This document shows positions 23,817-32,000 of a stretch of 32,000 nt of DNA, one piece after another. A model generated the notes under the pieces. It had not been told where the DNA came from. It saw only the letters and a list, made by a program, of their open reading frames with translations, and did not search any database. Origin of the DNA: Candidatus Omnitrophota bacterium (lineage in GTDB: Bacteria > Omnitrophota > Gorgyraeia > Zapsychrales > JANLHA01). Each line of letters begins with the position of its first letter. Position 1 is the first letter of the stretch. A program made the translations under genes and the position numbers. The DNA lies in contig OY759724.1 in assembly GCA_963662715.1 (NCBI GenBank), forward strand, positions 1,560,001 through 1,592,000. Reading direction: 5' to 3'.

Positions 23817-24239
23817 ATGACAAAAGAGGAGGTTTTGGATTTTATAAATTCTAACCTGTCATGCTATCTTGCTACGTCCGAGGAGACTCAGCCGCGTGTC
23901 AGAGGGATGATGGCTTACCGGGCTGATGACCACGGCATCCTTTTTCATACAGGCAAAAGCAAGGACCTTTATAAACAGCTCCTGGCCAATCCGCTGACAG
24001 AGGTATGCTTTTATAATGAAAATAAAAGCATGCAGGTCAGAGTGCAGGGAAGGGCTGTTATTGAAGAGAACGATGGTTTAAAGAATGAAATTGTTGCGGC
24101 GCGTCCGTTTTTAAAACCCTGGGTTGATGAGATGGGGCTGGATATTCTGGTCGTATTCAGGATCACGGAAGCCCGGGCGTGTGTCTGGACGTTTGGGACA
24201 AATTTCGCCCCCAAGACGTATATTCAGATCACGCAATAA
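23817..24239 (+). CDS. pyridoxamine 5-prime-phosphate oxidase (PNPOx)-like FMN-binding protein
   Basis: GGGAGA RBS. CYLATSEETQPRVRGM...ILFHTGKSKDLYKQLLANP...V.V.G is typical of the split-barrel PNPOx-like family. Confidence 0.8.
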   Translation: MTKEEVLDFINSNLSCYLATSEETQPRVRGMMAYRADDHGILFHTGKSKDLYKQLLANPLTEVCFYNENKSMQVRVQGRAVIEENDGLKNEIVAARPFLKPWVDEMGLDILVVFRITEARACVWTFGTNFAPKTYIQITQ

Positions 24240-24343
24240 CGCCGGTTAAAATAGCTGTTTTGGCTTTTCCTGGAAACGCCCCGGAGTTTTAGGGCATAGC
24301 GTTTTCAGGAGGTCATAATATAAAAAAAGGAAACGAGAGTTTT

Positions 24344-24907
24344 ATGGCTGTCTTAAAAAAAATATGCGCCTGGTGCGGGGCTGAGCTGGGAACCGTTGAG
24401 TCAACGGCGGTGAGTGAGCATCCCATAACGCATGGTATGTGCCTGATGTGTGCCAGAAAGATTCTGGAGAGAGAAGGGGATTTTATGGATGATTTTTTAA
24501 ACGAGCTGGGAGTCCCCCTTCTGCTTGTTAAAGAGGATACGTCTCTGCACGTCATGAACAAGCAGGCTGTAGACCTGATTGTCAAGAGACTCCGGAAGCC
24601 CCAAGGGCAGACTCTGCGTCCCGGGGAACTGCTTTCCTGTATTCATTCAAAGGCTCCGGGGGGATGCGGAAAAACCGTTCACTGTAAATCCTGCGCGATC
24701 AGGAACGCCGTTTTTGAAACCTATGCAACCGGAAACCCGCTGGTGAAACTTCGGTCTTATCCGGATGTCCAGGTTGATGACGAAGTCAAAACAATGTGTT
24801 TCGAAATAACGACCGAGAAACTGGGGGAATTTGTTTTGCTGCGTATTGATGACCTGAGAGAGAAGGTGAAGGACGGCGCCCCTTCCGCATCAGGAGGGGG
24901 CGAATAA
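24344..24907 (+). CDS. Cys-rich protein: N-terminal CxxC...THGxCxxC ribbon plus a second C/H cluster
   Basis: ATG at 24344. ICAWCGAELGTVESTAVSEHPITHGMCLMC (nt 24365-24451). The second cluster is CIHSKAPGGCGKTVHCKSC (nt 24638-24694). Confidence 0.6.
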   Translation: MAVLKKICAWCGAELGTVESTAVSEHPITHGMCLMCARKILEREGDFMDDFLNELGVPLLLVKEDTSLHVMNKQAVDLIVKRLRKPQGQTLRPGELLSCIHSKAPGGCGKTVHCKSCAIRNAVFETYATGNPLVKLRSYPDVQVDDEVKTMCFEITTEKLGEFVLLRIDDLREKVKDGAPSASGGGE

Positions 24908-24949
24908 CGGACGCACTGCCGGCTGTGTTTCTTGTCCAGCCTGCTTTTT

Positions 24950-26815
24950 ATGTTTTATAACGAGTTTTTTCCCTTTGATATGACCCGATCCCTATCTGTC
25001 AGAATCTCCCGCAACCTGTTTTTGGGGGTTCTTGTTCTTCTGTTTTTATATGAAGCCAGTTATATTTTCTGGAGAGCAGGACATGCCTATCGTAACTTTA
25101 AGGCTGCCGGCTGGAATTATGATGAGCGGCGGCACGATTTTGCCGAAGCCCTGCCGTATCTGACATTAAAAAGGTTTTTGCCCGAAACTTCTCTTATAGA
25201 TGTGCCTGCCCGGGGCTGGGATATAGAAAATGTCGCTGCCAAATATTTTCTTTACCCCATAAGGTTTCAAAAAGGCGGGAATTATATTTTAACTCATAAA
25301 GACGATGCCTCTCAGCCTCCTTCAAACTGGCAGAACAGGAGCCTTCCCCGGGGCATGAACGTGTATGCGAAGCCGGGCTATGGGTTTGCCGATCAAACGC
25401 GGCGCAATAGTGTTTCTTTGCCGTTGGGTATGACATTTATTTGGGTGTGTGTTTTTGCGGTTTTTAATATCCTGATCGGGCTGTCTTTCCTGAAAACATT
25501 GGAGTTCCCCTTGAGGGAAGGGGTGCCTTTATGGATTTGGGGATGTAGCTATCTGCTGGGTTTCCTGCTTTTGAGTGTTTCCCTTTTGGTGCTGGCTGCG
25601 GCAGGGAGAGGGTTGATCGATATGAATATCATCCTTATCGTTTGGGTGGCTGTTATATGGATGGTATACATTGTCAAGCAAACGGTATGGGCTGATGTCT
25701 TTTCCGGGGGTGGGAGGATATCGCTCCCGGACCGGATTCCCTTAGCTTGTTTCAAGGAAAACTCTCTGCACGGGTTTTTGATTTTTGTTTTAATCGCCGT
25801 CATCATCATTTCCGTTTTTACTCCGGTTGTGGACTGGGACGGGATGGCCCACTGGATCATGAAATCCAAAATTATGGCCTGTCAGCACCGGCTGGATTTT
25901 TCCTATACGCATAATAATTATCACCCTATCCTCTGGCCTGTTTACGTGGCGGTGCAATTTATCATAAGCGGCGGAATTCATGATCAGTTCGCAAAATGGA
26001 CGTCGGCATTCTTGTTTGTCGTCTTTGCCGGGTTCCTCTGGCAGGGTTTCCGGGCCGTCTCCGGGAAGGGGAAGACGGCGACTTTGTTCACCCTGGTCTT
26101 TGTCGTTCTGAGCTTTCGTGTGCCGGTGAAAGATTTTTGGTTTTACAATTACATTCATGCGAATGCCGAGAATTTATTTTTATCCTTTCTGACAGGAGTA
26201 ACCCTCGCGGTCATGCTGTGGATCCGGTCGAGAGAAAAATGTTATTTGTCTTTGGCTGTTTTCTTCGGCGCGGGGTTGTCTTTGACGAAATTAGAAGGCG
26301 CAGCCACGGTCCTGCTTTTGGCCGTGCCGTTATGGGTGTTGTTTAAGAAGCTGAAGATGTCGAAAAAAGAAATACAGCTGTTATCTGCCTTGAGCTTCAG
26401 TGTCCTGCTGTTGGTGTTGTGGGTTCTTTGGGTGAACCTGCACGGTTATGGAGAGGCCACCCTGCATGCAGGCTCCGGGGTGACTTGGGAAAAGGCCGGT
26501 ATTTTGACGCACAGGCTGACAGATTATATCCTGCATAATCAGTTTATTCTTTTGAATCTTATTTTCTTTGGCGCGGCCCTTGTTGTTCCGAGGAACAGGT
26601 TGTGGACGGTGAGCGAGAAATATCTGCTTTTCAGTTCCGTATTGTTAATACTGTTTAGCTGTCTCGCCATGGCCGGTTGGCCGGCAGAAAAACTGAAGTC
26701 TACGTCTCTGGAGGTGTTTCAGAGACTCTTTCTTCATGCGGCTCCGGTGGTGGCGTTTTTTTGTGTCAGCCGGTTTTCGGGTGACTCCAAAGAAAGCGCG
26801 GAAGACTGTTGCTGA
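24950..26815 (+). CDS. large polytopic membrane protein, GT-C-like glycosyltransferase candidate
   Basis: More than 12 hydrophobic helices. The loop VDWDGMAHWIMKSKIM...YHPILWPVY resembles the acidic-loop and HPPL-type motifs of ArnT/PMT_2-like enzymes. The start is ambiguous (TTG 24932, ATG 24950). Confidence 0.55.
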   Translation: MFYNEFFPFDMTRSLSVRISRNLFLGVLVLLFLYEASYIFWRAGHAYRNFKAAGWNYDERRHDFAEALPYLTLKRFLPETSLIDVPARGWDIENVAAKYFLYPIRFQKGGNYILTHKDDASQPPSNWQNRSLPRGMNVYAKPGYGFADQTRRNSVSLPLGMTFIWVCVFAVFNILIGLSFLKTLEFPLREGVPLWIWGCSYLLGFLLLSVSLLVLAAAGRGLIDMNIILIVWVAVIWMVYIVKQTVWADVFSGGGRISLPDRIPLACFKENSLHGFLIFVLIAVIIISVFTPVVDWDGMAHWIMKSKIMACQHRLDFSYTHNNYHPILWPVYVAVQFIISGGIHDQFAKWTSAFLFVVFAGFLWQGFRAVSGKGKTATLFTLVFVVLSFRVPVKDFWFYNYIHANAENLFLSFLTGVTLAVMLWIRSREKCYLSLAVFFGAGLSLTKLEGAATVLLLAVPLWVLFKKLKMSKKEIQLLSALSFSVLLLVLWVLWVNLHGYGEATLHAGSGVTWEKAGILTHRLTDYILHNQFILLNLIFFGAALVVPRNRLWTVSEKYLLFSSVLLILFSCLAMAGWPAEKLKSTSLEVFQRLFLHAAPVVAFFCVSRFSGDSKESAEDCC

Positions 26816-26880
26816 CGATCGGAAACATTGCTGTGAAATTTTAGAAAAGCATAAACCTTGTTTGTTGAAGGATCCGTTTC

Positions 26881-27606
26881 ATGAAACATCTTTCGGGCTT
26901 GCTGAAAAACAAAATATTTATGCTGTATTTTAAAGGAGTAACCCTGTGTTCCTGTATCATCGGAACACCATTATTCCTTCACCAGTTCCCTCACGTGAGG
27001 TCCGGCTTTTTTTGGTATCCGGTTTTTCTGCTGATTTTTATTGCGGCAACGAGTCTCCTGTTAACCCTTGTCAGTGGCCGGGCCTTCCAGCAGGACGACC
27101 CGCCGTTTTTCCAGCGTATCTTGCTGACTCTTGCTTGCAGCAGCGCCGGTTTCTTCCCTGTCTGGCTGGCTACCTTCGGCCCGGAAGTCCTGGGGCGTAA
27201 TGCCTGGCGAGGAAATGTTGTGTCGGTAAATATCATTATGGGATTTCTCGGCTTAACAGGGGGGATATGGGCTTCGCTAGGACAACGCTGGTTTCAACAA
27301 AAACCTTTTTCTTGCAAAAGAACCGCTCTTATAACAACAGGAGCTTGGGGACTCTATTTTTTTACCGGGATTATCAGCCGGGTGCAGGGCTCTGCTTCTT
27401 TCAGCGCGATGTTCAAGGTTTTTACCCAGGGAGTTCATGATGACTATTTGTTCTATTTTTTCTGGGAAGCTCTTGTTTGGCGGATCATTTGGCCGTTCGG
27501 TTTTATCTCCGTGTTGACTTTGTATGTTTTTCAAGAAAAAATTTTTTATGAAGACCCGAAGGATAAAGGCTTTAAAGCCAAAAGGCCCTCATCCTGGTGG
27601 GATTGA
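26881..27606 (+). CDS. hypothetical polytopic membrane protein
   Basis: A 241-aa ORF with about 6 hydrophobic helices. No family recognised. Confidence 0.5.
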   Translation: MKHLSGLLKNKIFMLYFKGVTLCSCIIGTPLFLHQFPHVRSGFFWYPVFLLIFIAATSLLLTLVSGRAFQQDDPPFFQRILLTLACSSAGFFPVWLATFGPEVLGRNAWRGNVVSVNIIMGFLGLTGGIWASLGQRWFQQKPFSCKRTALITTGAWGLYFFTGIISRVQGSASFSAMFKVFTQGVHDDYLFYFFWEALVWRIIWPFGFISVLTLYVFQEKIFYEDPKDKGFKAKRPSSWWD

Positions 27607-27620
27607 AAGGAGGTGTTTTT

Positions 27621-28202
27621 TTGGCGGAACTGACCCCTTTTTTAATTTTTGCCGCTGTCATGGTCATTGTTTCTGTTGTTATGAGGTATGAGATCAAGCG
27701 GCAGGAAGCCCTTTTTGAACAGCAGGCGTTGAAACGCGGCGGGCGCGTGCAAAAAGGGCATTTCTTGTCGTATCCCCGGCTAAGGCTGCCTGTTCATGAC
27801 GCTGAAATGGAAGTGTATATGACCCCCGGTTCCCGGAACCGGCCTCCCTATACGTATATAAAAATGGATTTAGCCCACCTAAGGGATTATAATATCAGAC
27901 TTTACCGGGAGATTCGATTCCTGGGCATCGGAACTGTTTTTGGCCAGGATATCTTAATCGGAAACCCGGATTTTGACGATGCCTATGTTATCCAAGGCAG
28001 TGATCCGTTGATCGTGCAGAATTTTTTGCAACACGGGATTCAGCAGGGATTGCTGAATATCAAAGATTGGCAGCCTACTTTAGAGATTCATAACGGCCGG
28101 TTCAGCCTGCACGCGACCAGGGCTTTGAGGCAGACGGAGGACATGGATGTTTTTATCGAATTGGGACGGGAGATGATCGGTCGGCTGCGGGAGATAGGAT
28201 GA
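27621..28202 (+). CDS. membrane-anchored hypothetical protein
   Basis: AAGGAGG at 27607-27613 and an in-frame TTG at 27621; GTG 27597 is an alternative. A single N-terminal TM helix. Confidence 0.5.
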   Translation: MAELTPFLIFAAVMVIVSVVMRYEIKRQEALFEQQALKRGGRVQKGHFLSYPRLRLPVHDAEMEVYMTPGSRNRPPYTYIKMDLAHLRDYNIRLYREIRFLGIGTVFGQDILIGNPDFDDAYVIQGSDPLIVQNFLQHGIQQGLLNIKDWQPTLEIHNGRFSLHATRALRQTEDMDVFIELGREMIGRLREIG

Positions 28203-28248
28203 GGCTTCGGGAGCCCGGTAAAACAGGAATTTTGGAAATATCATTATC

Positions 28249-28641
28249 ATGAGAAGAGTTGCGGCGGCTATTATTAAACAGGACGGGAAGATTCTTATTG
28301 CCAAAAGGAAAAGAGGCGATGAGATGGGAGGGCAATGGGAATTCCCGGGCGGGACCGTCCAGGAAGGGGAAACCCCTGCGCAGGCTATGAAAAGGGAATT
28401 AAAGGAAGAGCTGGGGGTGAATGCCGAGGTGGGGCGTTTAATCGGACGGGAGCTTTATCCGGTCAATGATGATGTCCTTGAATTATGGTTTTTCGAGGCG
28501 TCTATTGATTCGGATTCTTTGACTTTAAGTGAACATGAGGAAACAAAATGGGTCTGTCCTGCTGTTCTGGAGGAATATGACTTTCCTCCGGCAGACAGAA
28601 AAATCGTACAGAAGTTAACGTCGTTGGAAGACGGTCATTAA
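28249..28641 (+). CDS. mutT: NUDIX hydrolase, MutT-like (8-oxo-dGTP / (d)NTP pyrophosphohydrolase)
   Basis: The Nudix box is GGQWEFPGGTVQEGETPAQAMKRELKEELGV, and the overall length is about 130 aa, typical of MutT. Confidence 0.85.
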   Translation: MRRVAAAIIKQDGKILIAKRKRGDEMGGQWEFPGGTVQEGETPAQAMKRELKEELGVNAEVGRLIGRELYPVNDDVLELWFFEASIDSDSLTLSEHEETKWVCPAVLEEYDFPPADRKIVQKLTSLEDGH

Positions 28642-28676
28642 GGTTAGAAAGTTATTGTCTTTTATGGCCGGGAATC

Positions 28677-29153
28677 ATGCTTATGGCCCGATGCAGTGCA
28701 GGAATATTAATGTATCGTCTGCGAGGTCCGTCCCTTGAAGTTCTGCTCGGACATCCCGGAGGCCCTTATTGGGCTAAGAAGGAGGAACATGTCTGGTCGA
28801 TTCCAAAAGGAGAATTTTCAAAGGAGGAAGACGCCTTGACCGCGGCCCGCAGGGAATTTGAAGAAGAAACCGGATTCCCGGTCGGCGGGAACGGTATCCC
28901 CTTGACACCGCTAAAACAGCCGAGCGGCAAAATCATTTATGCTTGGGCCGTGGAAGGAGATCTGGATGCCGCTTCTGTTAAAAGCAATACCTGTGCCGTA
29001 GAGTGGCCTCCCCGTTCGGGCCGGCTGATTGATGTGCCGGAGATTGACAGGGCCGAATGGTTCTCTCCTGTCTGCGCAAGAGAAAAACTGGTCAAAGGAC
29101 AGGTTGGGTTCGTGGATGAACTGCTGTCCCTTTTAGGGGTCGAAGACGTTTAA
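28677..29153 (+). CDS. NUDIX domain protein (second, distinct subfamily)
   Basis: SAGILMY...WSIPKGEFSKEEDALTAARREFEEETGF contains a Nudix box (G-x5-E-x7-REUxEExGU pattern). Confidence 0.8.
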   Translation: MLMARCSAGILMYRLRGPSLEVLLGHPGGPYWAKKEEHVWSIPKGEFSKEEDALTAARREFEEETGFPVGGNGIPLTPLKQPSGKIIYAWAVEGDLDAASVKSNTCAVEWPPRSGRLIDVPEIDRAEWFSPVCAREKLVKGQVGFVDELLSLLGVEDV

Positions 29154-29446
29154 CATGAAGTTTCCGGATGCTTGCATGACGGGGATGAGCGCGTGCCAAC
29201 ACAGGGGAAGAATAAATATTTCCCCGGAAAACGAAAGGTGTTATTATGGGACATAGGTCTGAAGTTCTCGAATTCATAAAACTGATTGATTATCAGCCGC
29301 AGGCAGACGGCCCCGTTTGACGCCTGTGTGTTTATTGTTGAAGGGGAGGCGGAAATCATTTGAAAATGGTTTTGACGATGATCAAATCCTGACCGGAAGA
29401 ATTTTGCGGGCGGCTACTGCCGCCTGAACAAAGCAAGGAGATTGTT

Positions 29447-29749
29447 ATGCCTGAAAATATCCCCGCACAGGATATTTTTAATCAATTTAAAACCCGGAAA
29501 AGAAAACAGTGGATGGCGACGGGGCCTGCTGTTCTCGCTATTGTTTTGATATTCCTGGCGGAAGAGGGCGGGGCAGAGTCGGTTGCCGGGGTTCCTATCC
29601 CCGTCTTGGGCCCGTTTTGTTTTATTGTTATCCTGGGCGTTCTTGTCTTTTCATTTATGAATTGGCGTTGTCCTTCCTGCGGCAGCTATCTCGGCAAGAA
29701 AATCAATCCAAGATACTGCAGCCATTGCGGCGTTCAGTTATGTGAATAA
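29447..29749 (+). CDS. small two-TM protein with a C-terminal zinc ribbon
   Basis: AAGGAGA RBS. Two hydrophobic helices, then CPSCGSYLGKKINPRYCSHCG. Confidence 0.55.
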   Translation: MPENIPAQDIFNQFKTRKRKQWMATGPAVLAIVLIFLAEEGGAESVAGVPIPVLGPFCFIVILGVLVFSFMNWRCPSCGSYLGKKINPRYCSHCGVQLCE

Positions 29750-29886
29750 GCAAAGACCGGAGGAAATATCATAAAAAAAGTTGGCGGTAGAGAGTCAGGT
29801 TTTGATATGCTTCTTGTGAAAGGCAGCGCTTTTAAAAAGATTCCCGGATAAAATTTTTTGCATTATTGAAATCGTATGGAAAAGTC

Positions 29887-30267
29887 ATGAATGGGAAGAA
29901 AATTTTAATTGTAGATGATGATCCTAATATTATTAAATTATTAGGCATTGTTTTAGAAAAAGAGGGATTTATAACGGAGCACGCGCAGACCGGAGAAGAG
30001 GCGATGCAAAAAAGTCGGGACTTTGTTCCGGATCTTATTATTATGGATCTGGTTTTGCCGGATGTGGACGGCGCAGAAGTTGTTACCCGTTTAATAGAAA
30101 GGACGTCTTTTAAAAATATGCCCAAAATTATTTTTGTTTCAGGGGTGATTTCTAATAATGACGCCAGCTCGGAATTTATTACTGTTAAGCAGTGGCAGTT
30201 CCCGATCATTGCCAAACCTCTTGATATTAAGAGAATCAAAAGCGCAGTGAAAGAAATTCTGCAATAA
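29887..30267 (+). CDS. single-domain response regulator (CheY-like receiver)
   Basis: ILIVDDDP, IIMDLVLPDVDG, FVSG and AKPL. There is no output domain. ATG at 29887. Confidence 0.85.
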   Translation: MNGKKILIVDDDPNIIKLLGIVLEKEGFITEHAQTGEEAMQKSRDFVPDLIIMDLVLPDVDGAEVVTRLIERTSFKNMPKIIFVSGVISNNDASSEFITVKQWQFPIIAKPLDIKRIKSAVKEILQ

Positions 30268-30275
30268 ATTTTATC

Positions 30276-30968
30276 ATGAAACAATTCGTTCAATACCTGG
30301 AGAATATGTTGCAGGCGCACCGCCGTCCCGCTTTGTGGAGCGCTGCTTTTTTATTTGTCTTTGGCAGTGCCGTGTACGGATTGTTGCTGGCACAAACAGA
30401 GGCCGCTTTGACACATTTTGTCGTGCTGCCCTTTTGCTTCTCGATAAGTTTGTATGCCTTCTTTTTGGGTATGGGTATGGTATCCTCTGGGCAAAAGACT
30501 GCTTGTTGTGATATCCGGAAAATTTTAACAGCTTTCGTGATTCTTGTTTTCAGCGGCAGTCTCCCGGTTATATTTTTAAAAATTTCTGCTTTCTGGGGGA
30601 TCAGCCGGATTATTTTTATATGCCTATCGTACCTCTGCATCGCCGTCGCCGGTTATGTCTCGGGGAAAGGATTCTCCGCCTTTATAAATATCGTCCGGGG
30701 GCAGGACGAGAAGGATGTCCCGCGTCTGTTGGGGGTGGGGGCCTGCGGGATTCTGTCCGGGATGTTGTGTTTTGCGTTTTTCTTTTTCCCCCGTTTAGGC
30801 TTGCTGCGGGCATCTTTGCTCGCCGCTTTTATCACGGCCGGAGCGTCCATCCTGTTAACCTCACAGTATCATCTTGTCGCTCCGGAGAAGAGGGCAGAAA
30901 CGGATGGTTTTGTTTTCTTGCATTTTGGGATATTTATTCTCTCCGGGGTTTTGTTTTTCCTTATATAA
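30276..30968 (+). CDS. hypothetical polytopic membrane protein
   Basis: Starts 9 nt after the receiver gene. About 6-7 hydrophobic helices. No family recognised. Confidence 0.5.
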   Translation: MKQFVQYLENMLQAHRRPALWSAAFLFVFGSAVYGLLLAQTEAALTHFVVLPFCFSISLYAFFLGMGMVSSGQKTACCDIRKILTAFVILVFSGSLPVIFLKISAFWGISRIIFICLSYLCIAVAGYVSGKGFSAFINIVRGQDEKDVPRLLGVGACGILSGMLCFAFFFFPRLGLLRASLLAAFITAGASILLTSQYHLVAPEKRAETDGFVFLHFGIFILSGVLFFLI

Positions 30969-31004
30969 GGGGAGCCGGGGCTTTGATGAAGAATCATGGC
31001 CCTT

Positions 31005-32000
31005 TCAGATGTCTTTTGGGGCTTCTGCGGCGGGCGTCTGTCCGGCCGGGATTTGCCCGGAGGCCCGGTTTAAACACTTGTTCGGAGGTTCATCGATTCT
31101 TTTGTAGATCTTGACCGCATGGTTCCATCCCCAGCCTGCCTTTGTGTTCCACGAACCGAATAAAGCCTCGGTTTTAAAGTGATCCTGCATGTACTGATAA
31201 ATGAGAGGACAATATGTCCTGCCAAATACCCCCAGATGCTCTTGCGAGGAAATCGCCCTGTTGGAAAGAATGATGTACCGGACGCGGTGTTTTTCCAAAT
31301 CAGCGATAACGTTTCTTTCCTGTTCCGGCGTGATGTTTTTATGATCAAAAAAGATCAGCTGCCGGCTGGCCCCGTCGCGTCCGGTTAAAAAGTAATAAAG
31401 CGGATCAAAAGGCAGAGCAAAAATTTTTTCATCGTCCTCGGTGTGGTCCTGAATGTATCGGCTGGCCCGGGTTACGGTCTGTGTCCAGTCAACGGGGGAA
31501 GTTACGTAAACATTGCTCGCGCCGCAGACTAAGTGATTCAGGGGGTAGCTTTTCAGGAACTGCACCAGGACTCTTTCTCTGTAGATGTTTGTGAGGGACA
31601 AAATAAGAAGGGTGATAAAGATGAGGAATTTTATCCAGGGGTTGGATATCATCCGCGTTCCGGTCGAGATAATGATAAACATCAGGATCATAAAAGGGGG
31701 AATGATCCACAAGAGCCGGTAGTGGACGCCGCTGGCGATAAATTCATGAAGGGAAACGATCATCAGAAATATAATGGCCGAAGAAGCCAGTATGATATCG
31801 GAGCGTCTGGATGGATCGATTTGCCCTTTACGGAAGGATATGATGGCCTGGATCAGGGACAGCAACAGAAGCAGCGCAATAATAACCCGTCCGAAATCTT
31901 TCGTGCAGTTTATGATAATGGTTCTCCAGAGCATGCTCAAAGAACCTCCAACTCCGGTGGTTGTGTCTGTCCGGTAGCTTTTGAAAAAGGGAAAGGTCTG
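31005..32000 (-). CDS. membrane protein, partial (N-terminus beyond the window); possible C-terminal part of a GT-C-like enzyme
   Basis: I translated the minus-strand frame through 31941-32000 and found no stop, so the ORF is open to the window edge. It has several TM helices followed by a soluble C-terminal domain of about 170 aa. Confidence 0.5.
   Translation of the reverse strand, partial: QTFPFFKSYRTDTTTGVGGSLSMLWRTIIINCTKDFGRVIIALLLLLSLIQAIISFRKGQIDPSRRSDIILASSAIIFLMIVSLHEFIASGVHYRLLWIIPPFMILMFIIISTGTRMISNPWIKFLIFITLLILSLTNIYRERVLVQFLKSYPLNHLVCGASNVYVTSPVDWTQTVTRASRYIQDHTEDDEKIFALPFDPLYYFLTGRDGASRQLIFFDHKNITPEQERNVIADLEKHRVRYIILSNRAISSQEHLGVFGRTYCPLIYQYMQDHFKTEALFGSWNTKAGWGWNHAVKIYKRIDEPPNKCLNRASGQIPAGQTPAAEAPKDI

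Noticed and set aside
29204-29225. The hairpin GGGGAA-N10-TTCCCC after the second NUDIX gene, considered as a terminator.
   Set aside because: No U-tract follows on either strand. I kept it only as a note.
30620-31114. A 164-aa Arg/Gly-rich + strand ORF spanning the end of the 30276-30968 gene and the convergent gene.
   Set aside because: It is an alternative frame of two better-supported membrane-protein genes, and its composition is typical of an off-frame translation.
1-32000. I looked for CRISPR repeats, tRNA/rRNA signatures (for example GGTTCGAATCC-like T-arms), IS or transposase, integrase or phage genes, and classical defence genes.
   Set aside because: I recognised none by eye. This absence is not proof, and tRNAscan, Infernal, and ISfinder- or DefenseFinder-type searches would be decisive.

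Overview
This is a 32-kb bacterial chromosomal segment. Reading by eye, I found no rRNA, tRNA, CRISPR array, transposase, integrase or phage gene. About 45 protein genes are tightly packed and most have Shine-Dalgarno-type ribosome-binding sites.

Layout:
- Positions 1-19220 are transcribed entirely on the + strand.
- A three-gene minus-strand operon follows at 19269-23411: secreted VWA protein, sensor histidine kinase, OmpR-type regulator.
- A second + block runs 23817-30968.
- A minus-strand gene (31005-32000) runs off the right edge.

Products I recognise from remembered motifs only (no searches were run): CsaA-like tRNA-binding protein, two receiver domains, a DapB-like reductase, a GNAT, a YafK-type L,D-transpeptidase, a VOC/glyoxalase protein, a stand-alone EF-Tu domain-III homolog, a secreted serpin, a retropepsin-like lipoprotein, a PNPOx-like flavoprotein, two tandem NUDIX hydrolases and three GT-C-like polytopic membrane proteins. 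More than half of the genes encode small exported, lipoprotein or membrane proteins that I cannot place.

I see no classic defence or mobile system. The observations most worth follow-up are:
1. A Cys/His zinc-ribbon skeleton (CxxC...S/T-HG-x-CxxC) recurs in three otherwise unrelated proteins, twice as a C-terminal tail on membrane proteins.
2. The VWA-HK-RR operon has a perfect 18-bp intercistronic hairpin that ends 6 nt before the kinase start codon.
3. Three GTAAAA hexamers phased at exactly 11 bp lie in the divergent control region of that operon.
4. A secreted DUF6569-like protein sits in a block with an aspartic-protease lipoprotein and a zinc-ribbon protein.
5. One receiver domain carries a roughly 39-residue insertion right after the phospho-acceptor Asp.
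6. A 352-nt gene-free stretch (11558-11909) may encode a structured RNA.
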